Shown in pieces: positions 1 through 11,561 of a stretch of 49,901 bases of DNA. Numbering within the stretch: position 1 is the first letter of the stretch; each line of letters starts with the position of its first letter. The stretch spans positions 1 to 49,901 of the forward strand of contig JNEM01013615.1 in the NCBI GenBank assembly GCA_000697335.1, given 5' to 3'. This DNA comes from Conidiobolus incongruus B7586 (Eukaryota). The notes under the pieces are model-generated. The model worked only from the letters and a program-made list of their open reading frames with translations, was not told the origin of the DNA and made no database searches. Made by a program: the position numbers and the translations under genes.

Positions 1-300
1 AAGTTATAAAAAACTTTTTGATTAAAAATAACTAGAAAAAACTATTATATCTAGTGTATTCTTTAGATTATAACTTATATAATTATAATTACTTTAGTTA
101 ATTAAAAAACTAGCTTATAAGAAAGAAAATTTCTATAAGAAAATATAATTGATTTGTGAAATATTAAATTTTAATCTTTAATAAAAAAAATTGTTTATTA
201 AGGGTTAAAAGTTAGTTAAAAGTATAACAAAAAGTTATTAATAATAAAAGAAACTATTAAATTTATATTATATATTTATTTTTATATATAATATATTAAA
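1..300 (+). repeat. AT-eroded interspersed repeat, inverted copy of ~36230-36530; truncated by window start
   Basis: Reverse complement of 61-110 (gttttttaattaactaaagtaattataattatataagttataatctaaag) aligns with ~36417-36466; further colinear blocks at 111-202 match ~36327-36416. Many differences are transitions. Confidence 0.8.
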
Positions 301-988
301 ATATTTATTTATTTTTAATCACAAAAAATTCCCATTATTAAAAATATAAAGTAATATTAAGAAAATTCAGAGGAAATTTATTTTAATTAATTAATAAAAT
401 CAATTGAATAATCAATCTTTGACCTTTTTTTCAGTTCTATATAACAAACTTGTTCTATTTGACTATAATATAAATGCAAATATCTTTTATCTTGATGAAA
501 ATTTTTTAATTGAAATAATTTTGTTTATATTAAAGGAAATAAACTGTTTATTTGAATCATCTTTGATTAAAGTTCTTTATTACATGTTAAACACTAATCA
601 TTCATCCATCAACTCTACAAAAACAAAAATAGTTTTTATTGATTGGAAATAAATATAATCTAAATTAAAATGTATTGACCTATTATAAAAAAATACATTT
701 ATACACATAATAAAACCTGAAAATTTTGCATTAACAAAGGTTTTATTTCTAAATTAGGTATTAGCACAAAATTATCAAGCCTCTTTAAAAATAATGTACT
801 TTTACTAGATAATTCAAAGATTTACCACTTTTGACAGGATGACTATATAAACTAACCAACTTGAAAATTTAATTGGAATGAATATAATTTATTATTTAAT
901 AGACTGAGGAAAGATTGTGTAACAATAAAACTAATGAATAAACTTTAATTACAGGTAATTTTCAATTGATGGTGAGTTTGTAACAATT

Positions 989-3900
989 TTAATTATCTGA
1001 ATGAGATCCATTATGTCCATTTTGGATTTCGACTGCGGATCCCTCCTCATTCACCAGTTTGAATACAGGGACACTGGGACCGGGTTTTTCAGTCTCATCT
1101 TTAAGAGAGTTAGAAGCAGATATAGAAGCTGCAGTGGCAGAAGTACTCCAGTTAAAACCGCTAAGATTGGCTGAAGCAGTGGAAGGTGAACCACTGGGTG
1201 TTGAGAATCCCATCTTAGTTGAGTTCGAATGAAGGGATCCGGTTAGCACTGCAGTAGTATATGCTTGTCTTTGGTCATAATTAAGTTCTGCAATATCTCT
1301 GAACCATTCATGCATTAAAAGAGCCTTTGCAGTAGGGCGTTTATGGGGCTGACGAGTGAAGCATAGAGATAAGAAATCCATTCCAAGCTCACTAATTTGA
1401 CTGGGATCAGGAAGTGGAGGATGACCCATAGCAACATGATACATGATGGCCCATTCATTGTCCAAATTAGACCATGGTTGTTTTCCAGTAACCATTTGAA
1501 GAACACAGCAACCCAAAGACCAAATGTCTTGGGCACCCTTGTTACCTTTATCAGCACCCTTAATCACTTCGGGAGCCATATACATAGGAGTTCCTGTAAG
1601 AGTCTTATTAACAGGACCATTTATTGTACCTGTTTTACCCAAAGTTTTTTGATTTTTAGCAATAACTTTGGCAGCTCCGAAATCTACAAATTTAATAATT
1701 CCCATATGATCTAATAAAATGTTATCAGGTTTGACATCACGATGAAGAACACCTTGATCGTGTAAATATTCTAGACCTTGAAGCATTTGGAAAGTATAAA
1801 CTTTAACAACATTTTCATCTTCAATTCTTCCATGGCTTAATAAACTAGCCAAAGAGCCACCTTGGCAGTATTCCATAAAGATGTAAACACGATCTCGATG
1901 AACCTCAATTCCATAATAAGAAACGATATTAGGATGATTGAGAATTTCCATGACTGACATTTCTTCTTTGATGGATTTGTATAATGACATGAGCTGAGAA
2001 GGATCAGGGAACCTAATCTCTTTAACTGCCATGATATCTCCACTATCAAGATTAACAGCCAAATATACAGATCCAAACGTACCAGCGCCCAAGAACTTTC
2101 GTTGTTGCCATCTGATCGAAATGTTGGTAGAGGAAGAAGCCAAGAATAAAAGACTTTTGTCTTCAGGTCTTTGATCATCTAAAACTTTACCAGCTAATCC
2201 CAGACCTGCTAAATTATTAAGTCGACTTTCTTCCAATTCAGAGAGGGCCTTAATAATGTTTTCTCTATAATTAAATATTTCGGATTTGTATGACAATGTA
2301 TTACAAATGGTGCTGGGATCGGTCCCGATAACCTTCTCCAATTGGTCATTAGAAGTAGAAATAAAAGTTTTCTCCATGGCAGCTTGATCATTCAATTGGT
2401 TAATAGCTCTAGCTCCTTGAATATCGAAATGAGAAATTAATAAAGTCATACAACCGGCAACATTGGTTCGCAATTGATCGAATTCTTCTTCTCCTAAAAG
2501 CAAAATGTTATAGCCGCTCGTCATTAACATTGCAAACTTCAGTGCTACTACTGCCCATCTGAATGTCTTTCTATCTGTAGGAATACAATCACTTCTTATA
2601 AAATGAACCCAGTCAATGGAAAGTTGCATAAGTTTCATAGTCAAACGAGCTCTTGTTCGAATATCTAGAGTTTTCATAGCTCTCTGGCCTAAACTTGAAG
2701 CGAACAAATAATAATTTTGAATAGGATCCACGGAGGTTTGTCCAGGAAGCGCCCCACGAACAACGGAAACACTATCGATAATAGCAACAGTGAGTTTAAA
2801 AAAACTTTGCTTAATTTTTAATAGTTCTCGATGAACTGGGGTGGATTGGGGTCTTGATGGATGAGTCACAGCAAGTGCGGTACCTTGGACAAGCATTTGG
2901 AAGTGCTGCTTATTAACCTGCAATGAAGAATTAGGAGTGGAAACTAGTCTAATTCGACCTGGTTTTAGTTCAATTTGTGGAATATCTAGGAAATAATCTA
3001 AGACTCTTCCTTCCCAAATGAATTCTTCATGGTTAGATACAAGTAATATATAGCTTGGAGTTGATGATGGCTCAATATCATCTTGGGCAATACAATTAGT
3101 CAAAGCAGATTTGATTAAATCTGGATATTCTAGCACAGCTTCGTTGATTAAGACATAAACGTTATCAGGATTGTTGACAGCTCCAAAATCCACTAAGATA
3201 TGAGTGGCTGCTAGGATTCTCGTAAGATTTCCAATATCTTCACATTGATCATAAGAGTACTCTGAAGAGTTCTCGAATTGAGTGGAGAGTTCATTAGAGA
3301 AAAGCATCATTTTACTAACTCTCAAACGACTGATTTGCAAAATACGCTCTTGCCATTTGATTTTATGCTGAATTGAAGCTTCAGAGTCGATCACAAGCTG
3401 TGATTCAAAGTATAGCAGCAAGCGACAAAGCAATCGATGAATTAAAGAACAAAATTGTTCAGCGATTTCGAATGACGAAGTTTCAGTACAAGTAGAAAAG
3501 GTTTTTAAGAATTCCCATTCCGATTTCATGATTTCCGCTTCTTTTAAGTTAATTGTTTTGTTGCCTCCCTTTAATTTCCAATGCAATAGTTTGAAATAAA
3601 ATTTAAGACAACCAAATAAAGCAGTGTCATAATTTGAACTAATACATTGATTAATGTACCAACCAGGACCAGGTTGAACAATTGTTTGATAAGTTTGTTT
3701 GATTTTAAATGCTAACGAAAGGATAACGCGGAAATCGTCTAACATTTGATCAACTATGATTATTGTAGGTTTAGAAAGTTTCTGAGCATAATCCAATCTC
3801 AACCTTAGGCATTCTTGCATCAAATTAGTTGGGAATGCTACCATTCGCTCCAGTTCTGCTACATATGAAGGAAGTTTCATATCGTCAAAAGCTTCACAAT

Positions 3901-5270
3901 TCTCGATGGTATTTTCACGAGCCTTATACAATAAATTGTTTAAAGTATATAGAGTTTGCTTTTCAAAAGTATTCTGTAAGCTGTTTTCTTTCAAAATTCT
4001 TTCAACAAACGTAGCCTGCTCCATTGATGATTCGTCAAGCTTAGTGTTTGATACCTTTAGTTCTTCGTTACCTGTCCATTTCACGAGAATATTGTATTGC
4101 GTTGCTAAACTTTTAGTAATAGTTGACCAAGAGGTAAGGGCATCAAGATTTCTTTTGAACGGTTCAGAACCATATTGCGGCTTTTCGATTGTCATATACT
4201 TTGTACAAGGATATAGGCCTTCAATAAAATCCACTTTTTGCAGAACAGCGTTAACTTGCTCTATGGGAGAGATATCATTATCTTCTATTTGAAAATTAAT
4301 TACACTATCAATCACATTGTCAACACCCAATCTTGCTTGGTCCAGTATTATTTGGTATTCTGGCACTGAACGGTTATGTAAGTGAGCATTCAAAGATAAC
4401 CAAAGTTGGTATTTTTCAGTGTTATTTAAATGATCCTTCATAGTTTTAGCAATTCGTATTGTTTCCATTTCAATAACATCACCAGTTAATACCGAAGCCA
4501 ACATACCTTGCCATTCAATTCTCTCCTGGTTATTAGCTAATAAATCAGGATCTTCTTCGCCATTCACCAAGTGAGGTAAATTAAACTCTAATCCTTCTTC
4601 AAACATAGGAACCGTATAATCAATATCTAGATCATCCTGTTCTTCGGGATAAAGTTTCTCATCTCCATCAAAACGATTCGATCTAGGATCACCTTCATAA
4701 TTAGCTATACTGTTCTTTCTTATATAGTTTGCTAAATAAGTAAATTCTCCATCTGGAGTATATTGAAAACTAACAGGACTAACTTGAGTTACTTCTTTTG
4801 ATTCATTATACCAATTTGAGTTCATTTCTATTGATTCATTTGGTTGATTAGTATATGGTTCAGGAGTCGAAGGTCTATTGGAATAAGCAAAGAGTTAGTA
4901 GAGAATTTGAAAATTTAGAAAATGATTACTTTTCGTAATTTGTTTCTTCTTCGATATCTATTATACTCCATATATAATCTTGATTAACAATTGGTACTTT
5001 GTGGTTCCCCATTAGCTCGTCAATAGTGGCTTTCATATGGTCTACTTCATAAGATGTTGTAACGAAGTGTGTTGTCTATTTTACAACAACAAAAAAAAGT
5101 TAATTAAACTTAATTAAATAAAATAATATTTAAATTACTTCAGAATCTACTGAAGTGGAAAGTTTACCACCATATTTGATAATTATGGCTTCCAATTGCT
5201 TTGTTTTTAAAACGTTAAATCCATAAAGGAAAAAACATTTGTCTTTTAATATCAAGTTTTTAATTGTCAT
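989..5270 (-). CDS. SSK2: Ssk2/Ssk22/Wis4/Win1 (MEKK4-type) stress MAP kinase kinase kinase with N-terminal BRCT-like domain; 3 exons (5139-5270, 4930-5075, 989-4874), ~1387 aa
   Basis: Kinase motifs GAGTFGSV, AVKEI, HRDVKPDN, DFG, GTPMYMAPE, DIWSLGC. Ssk2-family N-terminal motifs ERIEWQGMLASVLTGDVI and DCIPTDRKTFRWAVVAL. Two GT-AG introns (5076-5138, 4875-4929) join upstream exons in frame with ORF 989-4825. Confidence 0.92.
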
Positions 5271-6370
5271 TTAATTAACAAAAGGCTAGTTATTTAAAAA
5301 TGATACAATTTTAATAGGTTTGCAATAAATAATAGTTGGTATCAATAATTTAAACAATATTTCGTTATCAGTTATAATATAAAGATAGAATAATCATTGA
5401 ATAAACAAAATAGCACCTGAGAATTATTAATCTTGAATGAATTGATTGAGTTAAAATTGAATAAATTATAAAATTAAAACCAATCGAAATTGAGAAAAAG
5501 TCACTTTAAATAAAAAATTCTGAATGATGCTTGATTATTTGTGCGGTGTAAGTAATTTCTGATTCATCCAATAAAATATTAGTATTTTTATATTAATATA
5601 ATTTGAGATATTATTACTTTTGATCATTGGATTTTTGCTAGTTTACTCTCTAGCTATTTTAGATGTTCAATACCAGCACTATATTGGTATAATTCTAAAA
5701 TATTTATTTAAAGATAATGAATGAATTTATTAAACATATTAGAAACTTTAACATTTACTGTGATAACTCATAACAAACTATTCATTATTATTCTTAATCG
5801 CTAAAAATAATTTATTTCTTAAAATAATATCTTTATTTATATATTACATAATATTTGAAAATTTCGATATTTTTCAGTGTCATCTTTTTATAATTGGCAC
5901 TTGTATACTACCAATTGAATGTTATATTCAATACTACATTATTAAATAGTACAATAGTATTCTAAGGATTTGCGAATTAATATAATGATAACGGATGAGC
6001 TTATATTAAATTCTTATATCATAAAAAATTTAATTATCATCACGGATTTAATGATTTTCCAATATTAAATAATAAGTTTTCGTAAAATATGAAAGCAGCC
6101 TTTGTTCACACATATATTCCAAAGAATTTTTTTAATCTTTGATAAATATACCTTATAATAAATTTTAATTAATAATATTTCTTTACATTATATCCACCTC
6201 CTAAAGATCAAAGTAATATAATTAAGGGTAAATAATTTTTGATTAAGTACTTGAAAATATTTTTAATAAACGATATACAGTTAAATATAGAATTAATATA
6301 CATATATAAAGATATTATTAGAAAACTAAGTATAAGAAAAAATATTTTTTAATATCGGAAAAAATTTCCC

Positions 6371-6443
6371 CGCCCAATGTGGGGCTCGAACCCACGACCC
6401 TCAGATTAAAAGTCTGATGCTCTACCGACTGAGCTAACCGGGC
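6371..6443 (-). tRNA. tRNA-Lys(TTT), no intron
   Basis: Minus strand GCCCGGTTAGCTCAGTCGGTAGAGCATCAGACTTTTAATCTGAGGGTCGTGGGTTCGAGCCCCACATTGGGCG; 73 nt cloverleaf, anticodon loop CT-TTT-AA, T-loop GTTCGAG. Confidence 0.97.
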
Positions 6444-7128
6444 TACCATGGTGTAAAAATGTATATATTTTCAATTCTATGAAATACTATTCTCTCTCAC
6501 AAATCTCAAATTATTTTTTTCTATCATTCCTATTCCTCCGAATTTTCCTATTTTTATTTAATTTATATATTTCTATATACCATATATTATGCTTAAATAC
6601 TGTTTTTTCATCTTATATCTTTCATTTTTCACCTTTGGGCCATTATATCATTTCCTCACTATTAAAAATTCTTAATATTCTAATAACCTATGAAGATCAT
6701 GCTGACTATTCCTTTTTTTCATTAAATGAAAAACTTTATCATATTACTAAACCATAGTTTAAAACATGCTTCATATTTTCATCAGTGTAAACAATACAGA
6801 TAATATTAAATCGATTTTGATATTGAAGGTTGATAATAAATGAAAAACTAAGAAAAATGCTAATTTCATTTTGTAACAGTTTTATATATTTCATAATGTA
6901 TTATGCTACTTAGCGTTAATACATATTAATTATCTATATCAAAATCTAAAGATTGATATTTTCACCCTACAAAATAAAAATGAAAAAATTAACCAATATA
7001 TATATATATAGAAAACAAGTTTATAATATAAAAATAATTTTATAAAAGATTTTACAGTGACACGTGCATTAGCGATTGAGTTAAGCTCGATATTCTAAAT
7101 TTAATATTTATATCTATGAATTCAGGAA

Positions 7129-7386
7129 TCACATTTGATTTTGTTGATGGTGATATTCGCTTCTAATAAAAGCTCTAGCGTAGTGATGTTCGATAGGATT
7201 GTATTTGAGCATCTTTTCAATGAGATCGACATGAGTTAAAACCATTCTACGACAACAGTATCTCTTTAATTCCAACTTGTCCATAGATTCTTTTTCAGTG
7301 TATCCAGCATCGATTAAACCAAGATAATCTTCCCATTTATTTCCAATAACCTTACCACAAGTAAAACAACGAACTGGAATAATCAT
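7129..7386 (-). CDS. RPB10: RNA polymerases I/II/III subunit RPABC5 (Rpb10), single exon, with C-terminal extension
   Basis: [18 protein letters not shown]...[17 protein letters not shown]: canonical Rpb10 CxxC...CC zinc-binding signature. Confidence 0.97.
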   Translation of the reverse strand: MIIPVRCFTCGKVIGNKWEDYLGLIDAGYTEKESMDKLELKRYCCRRMVLTHVDLIEKMLKYNPIEHHYARAFIRSEYHHQQNQM

Positions 7387-7483
7387 TTTTTATATGTATT
7401 TTAATAATAAAATTAAATTTAATTTTTAATTGAACACTAATTACCCAAACATTTAATTTATAAATATAATTATCAACAATTGA

Positions 7484-7504
7484 AAATTTAGATTTATGGG
7501 ATTA
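7484..7504 (-). promoter_or_regulatory. Candidate promoter element upstream of RPB10 (coding strand TAATCCCATAAATCTAAATTT)
   Basis: Plus-strand aaatttagatttatgggatta is 20/21 identical to 9114-9134 upstream of the TFB1M-like gene; same orientation, similar distance from the ATG. Confidence 0.55.
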
Positions 7505-7611
7505 AATCAACTTCTATTATCAATTTTCATATTAACAAAGTGAAATAAAAATATTTAAAAAAATCGAGAAATATAGAAATAAAATATACTATGATTAATT
7601 GATATTTATTA

Positions 7612-9033
7612 TTAAATAAGGTCAGGATAATTAGAATGAATAATATTAGTTAATTGGCAAAATTGCTCAACTGAAATATTTTCAGGTCGTTTTGTCTCAT
7701 CCCAGTTTAATTCTTTGATAATTTGATACAATTGAGGATGATAATCACTATAAATATAATAATTAGTAATTAGTAATAAACATCACCTACAATTAATTTA
7801 CGTTGCAATCCTTCTAACTGTTTTTCTTCTCTTTAAAAAGAACACTCTTAATACTTTTTCTAATCTTTCATAGGATTCTATTAAATGAAAATATTAATAT
7901 TTAAATAATATTAATTAATTCTAATATATAATTACCTAATTGATATCGATTGTTATTAGGAGATAATTGAGCGACCCATCCATCAACCTATTAATCATAT
8001 GCGTTTAATTCGATCTAAATTAACATTTAATAGTGTATATTTACTTTAGGTTTTGGAACAAATGACGAAGATGGCACTTTATAAATAACATTTGTAGAGC
8101 ATATAGCTTGACTCATTATACTTAATCGGCTCCTTTGTTTAATATCTATTGGAGATGTGATTCTCTATTGATGTACAATAATTGTTAGTCTACATTGTAT
8201 TATTTAATTATTATACAAATTATTCGTCCTACTTCAGCAACTTCTTTCTGAAACATTAGAGTCATAGTAGAATCTAAATACTGAAAGTAATCTTCTTTGT
8301 TATAGACCATATATAGCCATTGTAATAATAATGGTGTAGCTACATTGAATGGTAAATTTCCAACTAAATGGACTTTGTCGACTTTAAATCATTTTAATAT
8401 TAAATATAAAATGATATGATGAGTGTATAGCTTACTTTGATTATGTGATAGGCCGATAGATTGCAATATTTCATTATAATTAGCCTGTAGCATATCTCCA
8501 TGAATAATCTAAAAACATATTAATATCAAATAATGACTTTTTATAAAGAAATTGACTTACCTTTAATCTATTAGGCACAGCGTCTTTTAGTTGCTAAATT
8601 ATAAAAAAAGTTGATTAATAATGGAAATATATTAATTATAAGAAATCTCAAAAAAATACATTTAAAGTAGGTAAAAATCTTTCATCCTTTTCGATAACGA
8701 CTAAATTTTCCACTCCACTTTCCAATAAACTTCTGGTTAATAAACCAGGACCTATTCATCATAAGGATGGTTAGATTTGATTATAAGCGAAAAGTATAAT
8801 GAATAAACTACCTGGACCTACTTCAATAACTAAACTTTTATCTAAATTTAATTTAGCTTTTTTAATTAATTTATCTATAAAATCAAATTAATAAATTGAT
8901 TATGTTTGTTAAAATATTATGAACCTGTAACATTTTTATCCAAAATAAAATTTTGACTTAAACTTTGATTAGCTGATAATTTATAAATTTGAATTAAATC
9001 TTTAACTGAGGGTAATCTAGGTAATTGATTCAT
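7612..9033 (-). CDS. TFB1M: KsgA/Dim1-family rRNA adenine dimethyltransferase, mitochondrial TFB1M-like; 10 exons (8925-9033, 8812-8874, 8660-8751, 8561-8593, 8436-8508, 8233-8381, 8045-8164, 7936-7987, 7802-7877, 7612-7747), 300 aa
   Basis: Spliced translation MNQLPRLPSVKDLIQIYKLSANQSLSQNFILDKNVTDKLIK...VIEVGPGPGLLTR...VVIEKDERF...HLVGNLPFNVATPLLLQWL...MTLMFQKEVAERI...RSRLSIMSQ...SFVPKPKVD. All introns GT-AG and phase-consistent; exon total 903 nt. Confidence 0.9.
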
Positions 9034-9113
9034 TTTTCTATTATTTTAATCTATTTTTGATATTTAAATTTATATTGTACGCCAAAGATTGACTTTTTAA
9101 TATATTTTCAAGT

Positions 9114-9134
9114 AAATTTAGTTTTATGGGATTA
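9114..9134 (-). promoter_or_regulatory. Candidate promoter element upstream of TFB1M-like gene
   Basis: aaatttagttttatgggatta, 20/21 identical to 7484-7504; begins 81 bp upstream of the ATG at 9033. Confidence 0.55.
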
Positions 9135-11228
9135 CAAATTAAACATTCTCAAATGTTATTATTTAAGTATTTAATAATATATGGAATAAATTTATACCAT
9201 TTAATGACATATGTATATTAGTAAATTATATTTAAGAAATAAACTAAGTTTCAAACAATCATTTTTATTTGAGAAAAAATCCAGTTTATTTAGTAAGCTC
9301 AATATAACTACTACTTTTATTTATATTACATCTCTTACTATTTGATAGCTTAAGTCTTACGACAAATTCATGCATGCTATTAAATCAAACAATAATTTCA
9401 ATTAATTGTATCATTTTGAATATTATTTCTTGAAATCAATTTAACCATTGTCACCCTGAACAAATTTAGTAATAGATAATTTAAGTTTCCTTTGTCACTA
9501 TTATCAATTATGATATTTAATAATAAAGTATAAAATTCCTTTTATTTTTTACATTAAATTTAAAGTATTGAAATTGCTAAATTTTTAAAATTTTTGTTTT
9601 GTACTTTAATTTTAATTTCCTTTTACAAAATTTTAAACATTAATTTATTAAAGTAAATTGAAATCGAATTTTCAAATATTTTTCTCAACTTGTAAGTAGG
9701 AGAATTAAAATTGAAATATGATATAACTGTATTAAATATATCTCAATATCTGATAAAATATAATAATAATGTTAATTGCAAAATATTTAATTTAAATCAT
9801 AAAATTTATTTCAATTGGAAAATTTAATGGAGCACATGTACAAACACAATTTGGTCGCATAATTTTTGCAAATATACAGTAATTCAAAATATTGATAAAT
9901 CTTGGAGAGATATTAAAAATTATATATCGAAGTATTCGGCTCGAATATATTATTATTTATATTATACTGTGTTAAAAATTATGGAAATATAATGGAATAG
10001 ACAAATATTCTCATAATTCATTTTTCATTTGTTATATTATTAGAACTCTAAAAAATTTTTGAAATTTGAATTTAATTATAAAGAATCAAAATATCAATTA
10101 TTTTATCCTTATTAATCCAATGAATACGACTATCAAAAATACATAGGATACTAATATTTACCTCAAGTAATATATATTCAAATATAATGCATTATGTATA
10201 TAAATCCATTACCTCTAATAAGGATTTATTATAGTTAATATAATATTCAATGTAAATTGTTTATACTCCCAATTATCCAATTTATATCATAAGTACTCTT
10301 TACTAATAAACATAAAGGCTTCGGTCGTATGTTATTCATAATTTATATATTTTCCCACTACAAAAATTGATGTCTTTTTCATATTTATGTACAATAAATT
10401 GCAAAAGATATTAGGTTAAATAACAATTCAATTGTGGTTGACGAAATTAAGATCACAAAACAAAATACCCATATTTATTGTTATTAGGCCATTATTAAAA
10501 ATTCTTAACACAACTATTCATATATATCAATTAAGTTTTGTATTAAAAATAATAAACCTACTCATTATCCACTTAACATGGAATATTAAACAGTCCTTAT
10601 GACAAAAAAAAATTTCATATCATAATTAAGTATATGAATTTACCTCAGAATAAACAGTTTGCATCATTGGAATTCAATATATGAAATGGGGATAAATACA
10701 ATAGAATAGTAATTACAAATATTTATTTGTCAAACTTAACAACACATCATTTAATATTTAATACTAAAAATTATTGCACTATCATTTCAAATAGATGGTA
10801 TATCAAATTTTATTTTTAATTAGGTTAATTGAATTTATTAAAGAAAATTGATATGCATAGGGCAAGAATATTAATACATTGTAATGGAATGGGAAATAAT
10901 AAAAATAAAAATGTTACATATTCTCTAATACAAGTAAATAACTGTATACAGAGAGAATTTTTAATATCAATAAAATTTTAAAGTAATTGACAGTGATGAA
11001 CATTAGGATATTCAATAATAATATTCAACGATGTGTAACAGATTAGATTGAATATAAATATTCCCATATTAACAACTACTTGAATAACTTGATATACGGT
11101 TAATTAAATGATGGATAATTAATAGTGAAAAAGATTATTCAGTAATCAACATCAAATAGTCCTAAATTTTTGATAGATATCCCCTGGGAAGTCAAATATT
11201 CATTGAATACCATAAATCAATGATATAT

Positions 11229-11561
11229 TGTCACTAGCCAGGTGACTCTCTTCTACCCAAGTATTTTTACATCAACCTAATGTTAAAGTCATTTCCCCAC
11301 GCATACCGTCTGCTCCCGCCCTATCTTTTAGTTGGCCGACGATGCAAGTCACGGGAGAATCTCATGAATCACCTTACCCAACTCACTCTATATAAAACCC
11401 CGAATCAGAGCTATTCTCAGCGAGACGAGTTTGATCTGGGTCCTCCCAGCTATTTGATTTAAACCAATAAACACCCTATCTTCCTAACACTTACCTGGAA
11501 TTCCCCAAACGTCTCTCTTTTATCTAAACTACTCTGGATACTGCTTCCCTAAAACGTGTTA
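11229..11561 (+). mobile_element. Probable solo LTR of a retrotransposon
   Basis: GC-richer ~330 bp island in AT-rich DNA. Starts TGTCAC, has TATA-like ctatataaa (~11388) and AATAAA (~11466), ends gtgtta (degenerate ...CA). Flanked by atat on both sides (11225-11228, 11562-11565; a weak, low-complexity TSD). Confidence 0.45.

Noticed and set aside
404..652. 82-aa plus-strand ORF
   Set aside because: TTG start and F/L/I/N-dominated composition typical of AT-rich chance ORFs or an antisense shadow.
1315..4292. Short ORFs overlapping the MAPKKK (1315, 1397, 1837, 2209, 3829, 3906)
   Set aside because: Alternate-frame or antisense shadows of a conserved long CDS.
6479..6757. 92-aa hydrophobic ORF upstream of tRNA-Lys
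   Set aside because: T-rich low-complexity intergenic DNA; no motif.
11280..11462. 60-aa ORF in the GC island
   Set aside because: Spans the TATA-like element of the putative LTR; no recognisable protein features.
11489..11498. ACTTACCTGG, identical to the U1 snRNA 5' end
   Set aside because: No downstream U1 features (loop I GATCA, loop II ATTGCAC, Sm site); better read as a minus-strand splice donor within the LTR-like island.
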